From contig JAUXAN010000001.1 in the NCBI GenBank assembly GCA_030619885.1, positions 75,474 through 139,473 of the forward strand: a stretch of DNA of 64,000 nucleotides, written 5' to 3'. The position numbers and the translations under genes were made by a program. Source of the DNA: a bacterium. Lineage in GTDB: Bacteria > Hydrothermota > DG-26 > JAUXAN01. The notes beneath the pieces were generated by a model that worked only from the letters and a program-made list of their open reading frames with translations, searched no databases and was not told the origin of the DNA. Positions 31,326-42,035 of this stretch are shown here, piece after piece; position 1 is the first letter of the stretch; each line of letters begins with the position of its first letter.

Positions 31326-33325
31326 AATTTCTCTATACCTGTGTTCGGGACAGAAATCTTGAATTTTCCCATATTGACCCATACAGAGTTGCCAACAACT
31401 ATTTCAACCGTTCCCTCTGATTTCAGTTTCTTCACATATACCCGATCCCCTCGTTTCACTTCTATTGGATGCTGAGTTTCTTCCTCTTGTAAACTTTTTT
31501 CAATGTGTGCTAATCTCTCTTTTGCAAATTTTATAGTTGATTTCTCTGCTGTACTCTCTCGTATTTTTTTTACAACTTCTTCTACTGTTCTTCTTCCTTC
31601 ATCTACTATCTTGTGTGCTTCCTTTTTTGCTTCAGATCTTAACCTTTTTATCTCCTTTTTTACCCCCGCTAATTTTCTTTCATATTCGGCAATGGAAGAG
31701 TTGAGAGTGGACCCTTTTTCCTTGAGTGCGTCGAGCTCTCTTTTTAGATCCAGGTTCTTCTCTTCGAGTTCTCTAAGTAACTCGTCCAACTTCACCTTAT
31801 CCTTTTCAAGTATATTCTCAGTATTGGATAGAATCTTCTCTGAGAGTCCGACCCTTCGTGCAATTGCGAGTGCGTAGCTTGAGCCGGGTTGTCCCAATTT
31901 CAACCTAAAGGTTGGTTTTAATGTGTTAAGATCGAACTCCATCGCCCCGTTTGTCATCCCCTTTTTTGAGTGGACCCAGAGTTTCAGATTCGTATAATGA
32001 GAAGTTGCGACTACCCTTACTTTTCTTGCAGTCAGTTCTTCAAGAATCGCCATAGCGAGTGATTCTCCACTCACAGGGTCTGTACCGCTTCCGATCTCAT
32101 CCAGTAAGACCAAAGTATTCTTATCCGAGTTATCTAAAATCCTTTTTATTTCCTTTAGGTGGGCAGTGAAGGTCGAAAGGTTTTCCTCTATTGACTGACT
32201 GTCGCCTATATCTGCATAAAACTTTGTGAACATTCCTATCTCCGTGCCCTCCTTAGCAGGAATTTCAAGTCCACAGTAACTCATCAGTGTAAGAAGACCT
32301 ATTGTTTTCAAAGCCACCGTCTTGCCGCCTGCATTTGGTCCAGAGATTAGAACAGTCGTATAGGAGTTTCCAAAATAAATGTCGAGAGGGACAGTATCTT
32401 CGCCGAGGAGCGGGTGTCTGCCTCCGATAAGTTTTGTATATCCATTTCTGTTCAATTCTGGTGGGGTGCATTTAAAATCTATGCTGAAGCGTGCCTTTGC
32501 ATAGATTAGATCCAGATATCTTAACTTGGCAAAATTCGACTTAATCGCGTCGAGGCTTTCTCTTATCTTGTCGGTTATGGTGCGTAGGATCTTATGTATC
32601 TCCTCCTCTTCTTCACATTCCAGTGTCTTCAGTCTATTGTTCATATCTACAGTGGCCAACGGTTCAATAAAGAGTGTGGCACCACTTTGAGAAATTCCGT
32701 GAACGATTCCCTTGATTCGACTCTGAGCCGCAAAAACTGGTATGACCCACCGTCCGTCTCTGGTCGTTATAAAATCTTCTGCTACAGAGTCTTTTTCTTT
32801 TTTCAAGATACTGGTCAGTTCTTTTTGTATCCTATCCTTTAATATCCTCTCATCTTTTTTGATTTTACTCAGTTGAGGAGAAGCATCATCTGCTATCTTT
32901 TCATCGGGTGTAATTGAACTCGAAATCAAGTTATCAAGATCTGGCAATAATTTGATCTCTTTCGTTATTTTCCAGAGATCTGGATAGAGTTTTTCTTTTA
33001 CGAGAGATTTCATTGCAGATGAGGTGTGGATGATAGAAAGCACTGATTTGACCTCCGCTGGATCTAGTATACCACCCGATTCCACCTTCTTGAACAGAGG
33101 TTTTATATCTTTTATATTATGGAGTGGGATATAATTCGAAGCCAATAAAATCTCTTTCAGCTCTTCAATCCTCCTCATCTCCAATAAAATTTCTCTCCTG
33201 TCAGCGATTGGTTTGATATTCAAGCAAGCTTCTTCTCCCAACACTGAGGCAGCCTTCCTGGAAAGAATTTTCTTTATTTTATTGAATTCAAGAACCCTTT
33301 CGGTATGTGGATCCGAATAGTTCAC
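31322..33325 (-). CDS. mutS2: MutS2 lacking the C-terminal Smr domain
   Basis: LEFNKI, GPNAGGKT, DIGDSQSIEENLSTF, DEIGSGTDP, coiled coil, KOW-like end. Confidence 0.9.
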   Translation of the reverse strand: MNYSDPHTERVLEFNKIKKILSRKAASVLGEEACLNIKPIADRREILLEMRRIEELKEILLASNYIPLHNIKDIKPLFKKVESGGILDPAEVKSVLSIIHTSSAMKSLVKEKLYPDLWKITKEIKLLPDLDNLISSSITPDEKIADDASPQLSKIKKDERILKDRIQKELTSILKKEKDSVAEDFITTRDGRWVIPVFAAQSRIKGIVHGISQSGATLFIEPLATVDMNNRLKTLECEEEEEIHKILRTITDKIRESLDAIKSNFAKLRYLDLIYAKARFSIDFKCTPPELNRNGYTKLIGGRHPLLGEDTVPLDIYFGNSYTTVLISGPNAGGKTVALKTIGLLTLMSYCGLEIPAKEGTEIGMFTKFYADIGDSQSIEENLSTFTAHLKEIKRILDNSDKNTLVLLDEIGSGTDPVSGESLAMAILEELTARKVRVVATSHYTNLKLWVHSKKGMTNGAMEFDLNTLKPTFRLKLGQPGSSYALAIARRVGLSEKILSNTENILEKDKVKLDELLRELEEKNLDLKRELDALKEKGSTLNSSIAEYERKLAGVKKEIKRLRSEAKKEAHKIVDEGRRTVEEVVKKIRESTAEKSTIKFAKERLAHIEKSLQEEETQHPIEVKRGDRVYVKKLKSEGTVEIVVGNSVWVNMGKFKISVPNTGIEKL

Positions 33326-33331
33326 AAAATT

Positions 33332-33529
33332 TTATTCTATTCTCAATCTCTGGCGTCGGAGGTGACGCCTTTTTGCCTGGTCCAGTCTTCTCTTTTTTCT
33401 TTCGCTCGGTTTCTCATACTCCTGATGAAGTTTAATTTCGGATAGTATACCCTCCCGTTCACATAATCTTTTAAATCTTCTGAATGCTTCATCAAAACTT
33501 TCATTCTGTCTGACTATAACTCCTGCCAT
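33332..33529 (-). CDS. rpsU: 30S ribosomal protein S21
   Basis: ESFDEAFRRFKR...YEKPSERKK. Confidence 0.96.
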   Translation of the reverse strand: MAGVIVRQNESFDEAFRRFKRLCEREGILSEIKLHQEYEKPSERKKRRLDQAKRRHLRRQRLRIE

Positions 33530-33686
33530 TCTATTGTTCCCCTCCTATTCATTTAAGATTTTTGCTAATTTATATAGCTAATTTATATATAATATAACAA
33601 ATTTTTTCGATCTGTCAAGTAAAAAAGCACATTTTTTACCTAAAAACAACTATTTCATCAAAATTTTACCTTTTTAAGTAGTTTCG

Positions 33687-35147
33687 TTATCCCTTCAGGT
33701 TATGCACGAGAGATAGTGTTCCCGTATAGAGGAAACTGAAGGAAAGAAGGAACATAAAAGGAGTGATAAAAAATTGAGAATGTACGATGGAGTATACCGT
33801 TCCATAAGCCGTATAAGTTGCCAAAAAGAGTTCTATAATAGTGAGCCAGTTGAACTTTGACTTGTACTTCTTATCTTTCCAGGAGTCCGATTTTTTCTCT
33901 ATCCTGTATTTAGGCGTACGATTGAAGGGTGTCTTTATGCCTAGTAGACCTTCGAATACGGCTTTAGAATCTACTACACAGGTTCCAATACCCCATGCGA
34001 AAAGAGCAGGGATATACCATAGTCTCCTCTTCCAATCTGTATAGATTTCCCTCTGACCATAAAAATAAAACAGTGTCTGAATTACTACAAAGATGGTGAA
34101 GAAGCTGATGTAATTAAAGTAAGTCCGTGCCTCGATGCAATTTACCTTTATCATAATCAAAGGGACGGAAAGGAGTGTGATTAAAAGCACGAGTGGATAT
34201 GTAAAATGGTTGGTCAGGTGGACAAAGGCCTCAAATTTTGTAAAGAGTGGAAGGGGAGATCTCAGAACTTTAGGAAGAATCTTCTTTGCAGTCTGAACAG
34301 CCCCTTTTGCCCATCTGTGTTGCTGTATTTTAAGCCCATTTATATCTGTGGGTATTTCTCCATAGCATATAAGGTCTTTGAGATAGATTATTTCCCAACC
34401 TTTAAGTTGCGCTCGATATGAGAGATCAAGGTCTTCAGTCAGGGTATCGTATTCCCAGTTACCCGCATCTAAGATTGCTTCTCTGCGCCATATTCCCCCA
34501 GTACCGTTGAAGTTAATAAATGCCCCATTCCTGTTTCTTACTGTCTGTTCGATCACAAAATGGGCATCCAATCCTAATGCCTGTCCTCGAGTGAGGAATG
34601 AGTACGAATCATTCAAATGTCCCCATCTTCCCTGTACTGCAGCTACTTTTTCATCCATAAAATACGGTAGAGTTGTAAGTAAAAATTCCGTCGGGGGTAT
34701 AAAATCCGCATCGAATAGAGCAATGAAATCGCCCTTCGAATGGGCAAGCCCCTCTCGCAGAGCACCTGCCTTGTAGCCTTTCCTCTCATTACGATGGTAG
34801 AGTTTTATATCAAAACCCTGCTTCCTATATTTTTCTCCAATTTTCCTCGCTATCTCTGTAGTCTCATCGGTCGAATCATCGAGTATTTGAATTTCCATCT
34901 TTTCCTTAGGGTATTGAATTTTGCAGACAGCACTGATTAACCTCTCTATTACATACTGTTCATTATAAACGGGCAACTGTATAGTCACAAAAGGATAAAA
35001 GTCAAGTTTCTTTTTGATTTTTTGAGGGAAGGTGCTGTTTTTTCTATATAGGATAATCATTACGAATGTATGAAATACATAGATCAAAAGTCCGCAGAGT
35101 ACTAACAGGTATGTAACTAAGACGAAATTTCTAAGTGATTCTATCAT
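33687..35147 (-). CDS. Processive GT2 (cellulose-synthase-like, CslA-type)
   Basis: QLPVYNE, GYKAGAL, DAD, TED, QQHRWAKG. Confidence 0.92.
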   Translation of the reverse strand: MIESLRNFVLVTYLLVLCGLLIYVFHTFVMIILYRKNSTFPQKIKKKLDFYPFVTIQLPVYNEQYVIERLISAVCKIQYPKEKMEIQILDDSTDETTEIARKIGEKYRKQGFDIKLYHRNERKGYKAGALREGLAHSKGDFIALFDADFIPPTEFLLTTLPYFMDEKVAAVQGRWGHLNDSYSFLTRGQALGLDAHFVIEQTVRNRNGAFINFNGTGGIWRREAILDAGNWEYDTLTEDLDLSYRAQLKGWEIIYLKDLICYGEIPTDINGLKIQQHRWAKGAVQTAKKILPKVLRSPLPLFTKFEAFVHLTNHFTYPLVLLITLLSVPLIMIKVNCIEARTYFNYISFFTIFVVIQTLFYFYGQREIYTDWKRRLWYIPALFAWGIGTCVVDSKAVFEGLLGIKTPFNRTPKYRIEKKSDSWKDKKYKSKFNWLTIIELFLATYTAYGTVYSIVHSQFFITPFMFLLSFSFLYTGTLSLVHNLKG

Positions 35148-35162
35148 TTAAAAACGGTTTCA

Positions 35163-35606
35163 TTATTCCTTGACAACCCAGAGTTTCAATTTTGCTTCCA
35201 TATCCTGTAGCAATCTTACTGGAATAGTATATACCCCTAATTCTTTAATCGGTTCGCTGAGAAGTATGTCTTTCTTATCTATCTTTATGCCCTCTTTTTT
35301 CAACAATTCCGAGACAGTGTGAGAGGTTACAGAACCAAAAAGTTTATCATCCTCCCCCGCTTTGGCTACTGCAGTTAAAGAAAGAGATTCTATCTTTTTC
35401 AAAAGATTAGATGCATGGGCTCTCTCTCTACTCCTTCTCAATTCTTCTGTATCCTTCAAATGTTTAAACTTCTCTATATTATGTGGGGTTGCAGGGAGCG
35501 CTTTTTCCTGTGGTATAAGATAGTTCCTTCCATAGCCATTTTTAACATCCACAATACTACCCTTTACGCCAAGTCTTTCAATATCTTCAAGAAGTATTAT
35601 TTGCAT
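35163..35606 (-). CDS. rplI: 50S ribosomal protein L9
   Basis: VKNGYGRNYLIP, KLFGSVT. Confidence 0.97.
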   Translation of the reverse strand: MQIILLEDIERLGVKGSIVDVKNGYGRNYLIPQEKALPATPHNIEKFKHLKDTEELRRSRERAHASNLLKKIESLSLTAVAKAGEDDKLFGSVTSHTVSELLKKEGIKIDKKDILLSEPIKELGVYTIPVRLLQDMEAKLKLWVVKE

Positions 35607-35610
35607 AATC

Positions 35611-35832
35611 TCATCTAAAGTATTCTGTTATATATGGAAGGAGTCCTATCTGCCGTGCTCTTTTGATTGCTAATGTCAATTTTCTTTGATGTTTTGCACA
35701 TACCCCTGTATTTCTCCTTGGCAGTATTCTTCCTCTGTCAGAGATGAATCTTCTCAATTTTTTAGGATCTTTATACTCGGGCAAGGTCCCACTTTTACAA
35801 AAGGAACATTCTTTCTTAAATTCGCCTAACAT
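35611..35832 (-). CDS. rpsR: 30S ribosomal protein S18 (Zn-binding form)
   Basis: [25 protein letters not shown]. Confidence 0.97.
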   Translation of the reverse strand: MLGEFKKECSFCKSGTLPEYKDPKKLRRFISDRGRILPRRNTGVCAKHQRKLTLAIKRARQIGLLPYITEYFR

Positions 35833-35841
35833 TTGCCCTCC

Positions 35842-36273
35842 TCAAAATGGCAGGTTCTCTTCCTCTTTTTCTATCTTTTCTTCGCTCTTCTCTTCTGGTT
35901 CACCGTGCTCTTTTGTTTCTTCGGGTGCCACTTTATCCAGAAATTGAACACGATATGCACGAATTTCGAGTTTACTTCTTTTCTGTCCTGTTTCGGTCTC
36001 CCATGACCTTGACTGAAGGCTTCCTTCTAATAATACTGCCCTTCCCTTGCGTAAGAATTCACCACATCGTTCTGCTAAATCTGCCCAGGTAACTATATCC
36101 ACGAAAGTAGTTAGCTCATTCCATTCACCAGATGCGTCCTTGTATCTTTTTGAAGATGCTACAGAAAAATTTGCAACAGCCTTCCCTGCCGGGGTATACC
36201 TTAAATCGGGATCCCTTGTTAATCTGCCTGAAAGCAAGACTTTGTTTAAAACAGGTAATTTTAAGTCAGCCAT
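35842..36273 (-). CDS. ssb: Single-stranded DNA-binding protein
   Basis: LNKVLLSGRLTRDPDLRYT, C-terminal NLPF. Confidence 0.97.
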   Translation of the reverse strand: MADLKLPVLNKVLLSGRLTRDPDLRYTPAGKAVANFSVASSKRYKDASGEWNELTTFVDIVTWADLAERCGEFLRKGRAVLLEGSLQSRSWETETGQKRSKLEIRAYRVQFLDKVAPEETKEHGEPEEKSEEKIEKEEENLPF

Positions 36274-36564
36274 TTAACCTCCTTCAATTTTAATCACAAT
36301 GTGTCTCAAAATATTTTCATTTAACTTCAGATTTGAATCGAAACTCTTTATGAATGAGGATTTTGATGAGAATCTAATGAGAGTATAGAAACCCTCTCTT
36401 TCTTTCTTCATTTTGTAGGCAAATTTTTTCATTCCCCACTTGTCAACGGATATTACTTTTCCTCTGTCTTTTTCAACGAGTTCAACTACCTTTCCAATCT
36501 CTATATCTATATCACTTTCTTTTAAATTGGGTCTTAAGATAAAAATAGATTCATACTCTCTCAA
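36274..36564 (-). CDS. rpsF: 30S ribosomal protein S6
   Basis: YESIFILRP, WGMKKFAY, EGFY; TTG start with GGAGG. Confidence 0.96.
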   Translation of the reverse strand: MREYESIFILRPNLKESDIDIEIGKVVELVEKDRGKVISVDKWGMKKFAYKMKKEREGFYTLIRFSSKSSFIKSFDSNLKLNENILRHIVIKIEGG

Positions 36565-36719
36565 CTTTTACCTCCTTAAAAATCTATTTAAAACTCCCAC
36601 TTGGGAAGTTTTGGATAGACTATATATATATATATTTAAAATTGTCAACAAAAAAATGCAGTTTTAAGCAAGTTAAGAAAACAGAACCACGAATCACATT
36701 CATTATAGATTGAAAAATT

Positions 36720-37766
36720 TTAATGAAATTTAATCAATACTATATCACCGTCTTTAAGTAGATAATCTCTGCCCTCTATTTTTAAAAGTCCTGCATCTTT
36801 TAATCTCGATACACTGCTGCAGGAGAGTAGATCATCATAAGAAAAAACTTCTGCCCGAATGAAACCTTTACCCATATCGGTATGTATCTTATAAGCGGCA
36901 TCTATAATCTTTGAACCTTCTTTAATGCTCCACGCACGCGTCTCTTCGCCTTTTATAGTATAAAATTTGATCAGATTTAAAAGATTATAACTTTCCTCTA
37001 TTACCACATCGAGAGTAAAATCTTCAATACCCAACTCCTTTCTGTACTCTTCCCTCTCGTTTCTTTCGAGTTCAGATAATTCTTCCTCAATCTTTGCTGA
37101 GATTAAAACTATCTTCTCACTGCCTAAGGAATTTCTTATCTGGTCAGGCACTGTAAAATTTTTCGATGTTAGATCTTTCTCACTCAGATTCAAAAGGTAG
37201 AGACATGGTTTTGTCGTGAGTAGATTGTAGCCTTTTGAATGTTTAATAGATTCGTCTTTCTGAATACTATCTTTTATCCTTTGTAGAGATTCGAGTTCTG
37301 TCTTTATGGCTTCGTTTCCGCTCTTTGCTGCTTTTTGCAGTTTCCCTATTTTTTTTTCAACGAAATCAAGGTCTGCCAGGGCGAGTTCGAGCTTTACAGT
37401 TTCAATGTCTTTTAGCGGCTCTACAGTACCGGAGACTTCAGCGTCTTCAAAGCATCTTACAAGATGCAATATGGCATCAACCTCTCTTATATGAGCAAGG
37501 AATTTATTTCCTAACCCCTCGCCCTTGCTTGCTCCAGCGACCAGACCTGCTATATCGACAAATTCTGTCGTTGCATGCGTCACTATTTTTGGTTTTAGGA
37601 GTTCACCAATCTTTTCAAGTTTTTTATCAGGAATCTGCGCTATGCCAATATTTTTCTCAATAGTAGTGAATGGATAGGTGGCAACTTCGGCACCTGCGCG
37701 GGTGAGTGCATTGAACAGGGTTGATTTTCCTGCATTTGGTAGACCGACTATCCCGACCTTTAACAC
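36720..37766 (-). CDS. ychF: Redox-regulated ATPase YchF
   Basis: [42 protein letters not shown] domain. Confidence 0.96.
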   Translation of the reverse strand: MLKVGIVGLPNAGKSTLFNALTRAGAEVATYPFTTIEKNIGIAQIPDKKLEKIGELLKPKIVTHATTEFVDIAGLVAGASKGEGLGNKFLAHIREVDAILHLVRCFEDAEVSGTVEPLKDIETVKLELALADLDFVEKKIGKLQKAAKSGNEAIKTELESLQRIKDSIQKDESIKHSKGYNLLTTKPCLYLLNLSEKDLTSKNFTVPDQIRNSLGSEKIVLISAKIEEELSELERNEREEYRKELGIEDFTLDVVIEESYNLLNLIKFYTIKGEETRAWSIKEGSKIIDAAYKIHTDMGKGFIRAEVFSYDDLLSCSSVSRLKDAGLLKIEGRDYLLKDGDIVLIKFH

Positions 37767-37768
37767 TG

Positions 37769-39817
37769 TCAGTGTGTTATCCCTATATATTTATTGAGCA
37801 CCAGTATGAGAGGGATGAAGACCAATGAGACCACAGCCATCAATTTAATCAGGATATTCATACTCGGTGCCGAGGTATCCTTAAATGGGTCACCGACGGT
37901 ATCACCAACTACCGATGCTTTGTGCGGCTCTGATTTCTTACCACCCAGGTTGCCTGCTTCTATATATTTTTTTGCATTGTCCCATGCACCACCCGCATTT
38001 GCCATGAAGATAGCGAGCGGAACCCCCACTACCAGAGCCCCTGCGAGTGCACCACCGAGAGCAGACGGTCCAAGAAATATACCTATAAGAAGTGGAATGG
38101 CGATTGCTAAAAGCCCGGGCGCTATCATCTCATTCATAGCACCCTTTGTAGCTATATCTACACATTTTGCATAGTCTGGTTTTGCACTTCCTTCCATTAA
38201 TCCGGGAATCTCTTTGAACTGTCTTCTCACTTCACTGACGACCTTAAAAGCGATCTTTCCGACAGCTTTCATAGTAGAAGACGCGAAGATGAATGGGACC
38301 ATACCTCCCATGAAGAGTCCTGTTATCACTTTAGCATCCATAATATTTATATGAAAACTTGTTGAAGTGTATCTCTCCACTACCTGTGTATAGGCAAAGA
38401 AGAGGGCGAGGGCGGTGAGGGCTGCTGAACCTATTGCGAACCCCTTGGCAATCGCAGCGGTAGTATTTCCGGCTGCGTCCAGAGAATCGGTTATCTTTCT
38501 CACATCCGAAGGGAGTGAGGCCATCTCTGCGATACCACCTGCGTTATCTGCTATGGGTCCGTATGCGTCTATGGATATAGTAATCCCTGCTATAGATAGC
38601 ATACCAATCCCTGCAAGGGCGATCCCAAAAAAGTTTGCAAATTTAAAAGATATGAGTATGGCGGCCCCTATGACGAGTAGAGGAACGACCACAGATTTCA
38701 TACCTATAGATATGCCAGTGATTATATTGGTCGCTGCGCCTGTGGTTGAGGCGCGGGCTATAGTTTTTATGGAGTTGCCGGTTGTGTAATATTCAGCTGT
38801 GAAGCCTATTAGGAGTCCTGAAATCACTCCGCACAGCACTGCATAGAAGGGGGCAATTTCACCATACCAGAGAGAAACGAGTATAAAAGAAGCGATGCAG
38901 AAGATGACTGCACTACCGAGCGTGCCATTTCGCAGTGCACTCTGGGCATCCCCCCCCCTTACGAAGAGCACGCCTACAATTGATGCGAGGACACCAAGCC
39001 CAGCGAGCCAGAAGCAGAGGAGGATGCCCTTCAAGTTTGAAACGGCAGATGCTATAATCAGTCCAGATATGATGGAACCGACATACGACTCGTATAGGTC
39101 TGCTCCCATCCCGGCAACATCCCCGACATTATCTCCCACATTATCGGCAATCGTGGCAGGGTTTCTCGGATCGTCCTCTGGTATACCTGCCTCTACCTTA
39201 CCGACGAGGTCTGCTCCGACATCTGCTGCCTTCGTATAAATCCCCCCGCCAACCCTTGCGAATAGAGCGACAGATGATGCGCCCAGGGAGAATCCACATA
39301 TAGCACCCGTAGCGTGGGCTACCTTATCCAACATCGAGGTTGGTGTGGCGAATTTGATAAATACAAAATAGAGCAGCGAGAGTGCGAGGAGACCGAGTCC
39401 CACAACTGTTAGCCCCATGACTGCTCCACCAGGAAATGCGACTAACAATGCCTCATTCATCCCTCGTTTTGCTGCCTCGGCAGTTCTGGAGTTCGCTCTG
39501 GTTGAAATCTGCATTCCAAAATATCCTGCGAGGATTGAACATCCAGCGCCTACGATATACGCGACTGCGGTAGCGAGTCCATATGAAGGACCCTGGGTGC
39601 GCAGTCCGAACCACAACACAAAGAAGACGCAGACCACAAATACTGCGATAGCCTTATACTCTCTGTATAAAAAAGCCATTGCACCTTCGTGCACAGCGTC
39701 AGATATACTGACCATTTTTTTTGAACCTGGATCTTTTTTTAGAACACGGACTGCAAGGAACGCTGCAAAGACCAAGCTTATAAATCCAATAGCAGCAGCA
39801 AGCAAAATTCCATGCAT
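37769..39817 (-). CDS. hppA: Membrane ion-translocating pyrophosphatase (K+-dependent type)
   Basis: [26 protein letters not shown] (Ala at the K+-dependence position); start at MHGILL preferred. Confidence 0.96.
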   Translation of the reverse strand: MHGILLAAAIGFISLVFAAFLAVRVLKKDPGSKKMVSISDAVHEGAMAFLYREYKAIAVFVVCVFFVLWFGLRTQGPSYGLATAVAYIVGAGCSILAGYFGMQISTRANSRTAEAAKRGMNEALLVAFPGGAVMGLTVVGLGLLALSLLYFVFIKFATPTSMLDKVAHATGAICGFSLGASSVALFARVGGGIYTKAADVGADLVGKVEAGIPEDDPRNPATIADNVGDNVGDVAGMGADLYESYVGSIISGLIIASAVSNLKGILLCFWLAGLGVLASIVGVLFVRGGDAQSALRNGTLGSAVIFCIASFILVSLWYGEIAPFYAVLCGVISGLLIGFTAEYYTTGNSIKTIARASTTGAATNIITGISIGMKSVVVPLLVIGAAILISFKFANFFGIALAGIGMLSIAGITISIDAYGPIADNAGGIAEMASLPSDVRKITDSLDAAGNTTAAIAKGFAIGSAALTALALFFAYTQVVERYTSTSFHINIMDAKVITGLFMGGMVPFIFASSTMKAVGKIAFKVVSEVRRQFKEIPGLMEGSAKPDYAKCVDIATKGAMNEMIAPGLLAIAIPLLIGIFLGPSALGGALAGALVVGVPLAIFMANAGGAWDNAKKYIEAGNLGGKKSEPHKASVVGDTVGDPFKDTSAPSMNILIKLMAVVSLVFIPLILVLNKYIGITH

Positions 39818-40116
39818 AGTTGAATCTTGCATTTTTCCCATTAAAAGTCAAGAGAAAATTAACCACCTTGAAACCACAGATTACACAGATTTACACAGAT
39901 TTTAACCCTCTCCTAACGCAGCAATGACAACTTTCCATGGTCATACGACTCCCATGGGTCGATCAAAGTAGGAACTGTCTAAAAAAGGTTATCGGATAGC
40001 CTCTTTAGGTTTGCTTTTCAAAAGGCTAAATCTTTGCCCTATACCTACGGATCCGTATGACCAGCCTGCCCCCTATGTCTTGACTTTTTAAAAATGTTAA
40101 ATAAGTTGTGAATAGA

Positions 40117-40145
40117 GGCAACCTTTTGAGATGAAATTTCGTCTA
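40117..40145 (+). promoter_or_regulatory. ECF-type promoter GGCAAC-N17-CGTCTA
   Basis: AAC...CGT motif ending 5 nt before the ATG of the ECF sigma gene. Confidence 0.6.
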
Positions 40146-40150
40146 ATATT

Positions 40151-40621
40151 ATGGGTTTAATGGAAGAGTTTGAAGAAGTGTATACGAAGTACAAGGTTAA
40201 AGTTTACAGTATCTGTTACAGAATGATGGGTAGTAAAGAGGATGCTTCTGATATTACTCAAGATGTGTTTGTTAAGGTGTATAAAAAATTGAATACTTTT
40301 AAGGGTAATTCCTCTCTTTCAACTTGGATTCACAGAATTACCGTTAATCTATGTTTAGACCGTTTACGAAAGAAAAAACTAATCCCACTTTATGAAAATA
40401 TTTCTGCTCCATCGCCCAATCCATGGCTCAAATCAAGCATTGAGAGGGCTATACAGTCCTTACCCCCCGGCTACAGAGCAGTCTTTATTTTACATGATGT
40501 TGAGGGGTTAACCCATTATGAAATTGCAGAAACATTGGGGATTTCTGATGGCTCATCTAAATCACAACTTCATAAGGCAAGAAAGCTTTTAAGAGATAAG
40601 TTGAGGGGGGTCTTATTATGA
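40151..40621 (+). CDS. ECF RNA polymerase sigma factor
   Basis: DASDITQDVF, FKGNSSLSTWIHRI, SKSQLHKAR. Confidence 0.95.
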   Translation: MGLMEEFEEVYTKYKVKVYSICYRMMGSKEDASDITQDVFVKVYKKLNTFKGNSSLSTWIHRITVNLCLDRLRKKKLIPLYENISAPSPNPWLKSSIERAIQSLPPGYRAVFILHDVEGLTHYEIAETLGISDGSSKSQLHKARKLLRDKLRGVLL

Positions 40622-41106
40622 GATGCGAAGAAGTTAGTGAAAATCTCTCTTTCTATATAGATGGAGAGATCAAAGGCAAAATGAGGAAAGATATTTCGAT
40701 TCATCTTAAAAAATGCGAGCGATGTAAAAAAGAGGCTTCCGATCTTAGACTCATTAAAGCAGAAACCCGTTCTTTGAGCCCAATTGAACCTCCTGACTGG
40801 ATATGGTTTAACATCAAAAATACTCTCTGGAGGCAAAGACTTTTTAAACGAGTATTTGCTATAGCGTCAGCCGCATGTTTGGCTATCGTGATAGTGGGGA
40901 GTTTATTCTTTATAAGAACTTCACAGAAAAGAGCAAAAACTGACATTGCATTTGAAAGACTGAAGACATTGGATGAAGCGATTGAAGAATGTAGAGAATC
41001 TTTGAGGGTTAATCCAAACGCAAGAGTAAGAAAAACACTTTATGATATGTATAAAGAGCAGGTTAAAACTATAAACCTCATATACTCAGAAGGTGGGGAA
41101 CAATGA
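40618..41106 (+). CDS. Zinc-binding (zf-HC2) anti-sigma factor with TM helix
   Basis: C...HLKKCERC then one TM helix. Confidence 0.88.
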   Translation: MRCEEVSENLSFYIDGEIKGKMRKDISIHLKKCERCKKEASDLRLIKAETRSLSPIEPPDWIWFNIKNTLWRQRLFKRVFAIASAACLAIVIVGSLFFIRTSQKRAKTDIAFERLKTLDEAIEECRESLRVNPNARVRKTLYDMYKEQVKTINLIYSEGGEQ

Positions 41107-41981
41107 AAAGGATAGTTTTTTCCATACTTATAATTGGGTGTGGACTATTAGAGGCACAGCCTTACGGTTCATTTGATGATTTAACGGCACAGTTAGACAG
41201 TCTTACATATCACCTGGACAGTTTGCACAAAAACTTGGAGGACAGATGGCTTTACTCTAAAAAGATTCGATTGAAGGGGATAGAAGATGTCTTAAAAAGG
41301 CTTGAGAATTTAGAAAGCGTACTTCTATGGAAGTCGTCATTTAAATACGAGACTATAAAAGAATTTAAACAAGAGATTAAAACAACTCGAGGAACCCCTG
41401 TTTTCATATACCACAAATTTGGGGACATTATTATATACGCTTCCGATTCTGATGAGTTAAAAGTTGATGGTGTAATTGAACTCGTTTCCAAATCTCGGGA
41501 GATTGCTAAAGAATATGCCAAAGAGATAGGTATTAAAATTGAAGAATCCGAAGACAAAATCAAGGTAATAACTCTTTCTCCTGTTAAATCTTTGCCAGCA
41601 GTTCATTATCAAATTAATCTTAAAATTTTATTGCCAAAATGGTCTCCAGTAGTTGTCAGAAACTCTTTTGGAGATGTAGAGATTGAAGGTATAGGAGAGA
41701 GGTGTTCTGTTAATACAAGATTTGGCAAAATTGGTCTGAGAGAAATCAAAGGTCCCATTGAGGTAGCTAATAAATTTGGAAAGATTGAATTGACTCTTCC
41801 AGATGAGGTTTCTTGTAATATTTCAGCAATGACGACTTTTGGTAATATTGAGACCGACTTGCCACTGAAGATAGAGCGCGATAGGTTCATATTGAAAGCT
41901 TTGGGAGTTATAGAAGATGGAAGGATTTGGATAAAGCTTAATGGGAAAAATTCTGATATTTATATAAGGGTTTTGAAATGA
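41103..41981 (+). CDS. Secreted DUF4097-like beta-repeat protein
   Basis: Signal peptide, repeated (N/T)xFGxI units. Confidence 0.75.
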   Translation: MKRIVFSILIIGCGLLEAQPYGSFDDLTAQLDSLTYHLDSLHKNLEDRWLYSKKIRLKGIEDVLKRLENLESVLLWKSSFKYETIKEFKQEIKTTRGTPVFIYHKFGDIIIYASDSDELKVDGVIELVSKSREIAKEYAKEIGIKIEESEDKIKVITLSPVKSLPAVHYQINLKILLPKWSPVVVRNSFGDVEIEGIGERCSVNTRFGKIGLREIKGPIEVANKFGKIELTLPDEVSCNISAMTTFGNIETDLPLKIERDRFILKALGVIEDGRIWIKLNGKNSDIYIRVLK

Positions 41982-42035
41982 GATTGATGTCGACGGAATT
42001 TACCTCTTAAAAAACACTCTATATATAAAAAGGAG

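Noticed and set aside
36592-36636. S6:S18 leader RNA and TA microsatellite upstream of rpsF
   Set aside because: A hairpin is present but the conserved motif could not be confirmed; the TA run overlaps the AT-rich -10 region
37794-39905. Plus-strand ORFs antisense to hppA, and similar shadow ORFs across the window
   Set aside because: Antisense shadows of well-conserved genes, with no RBS or motifs
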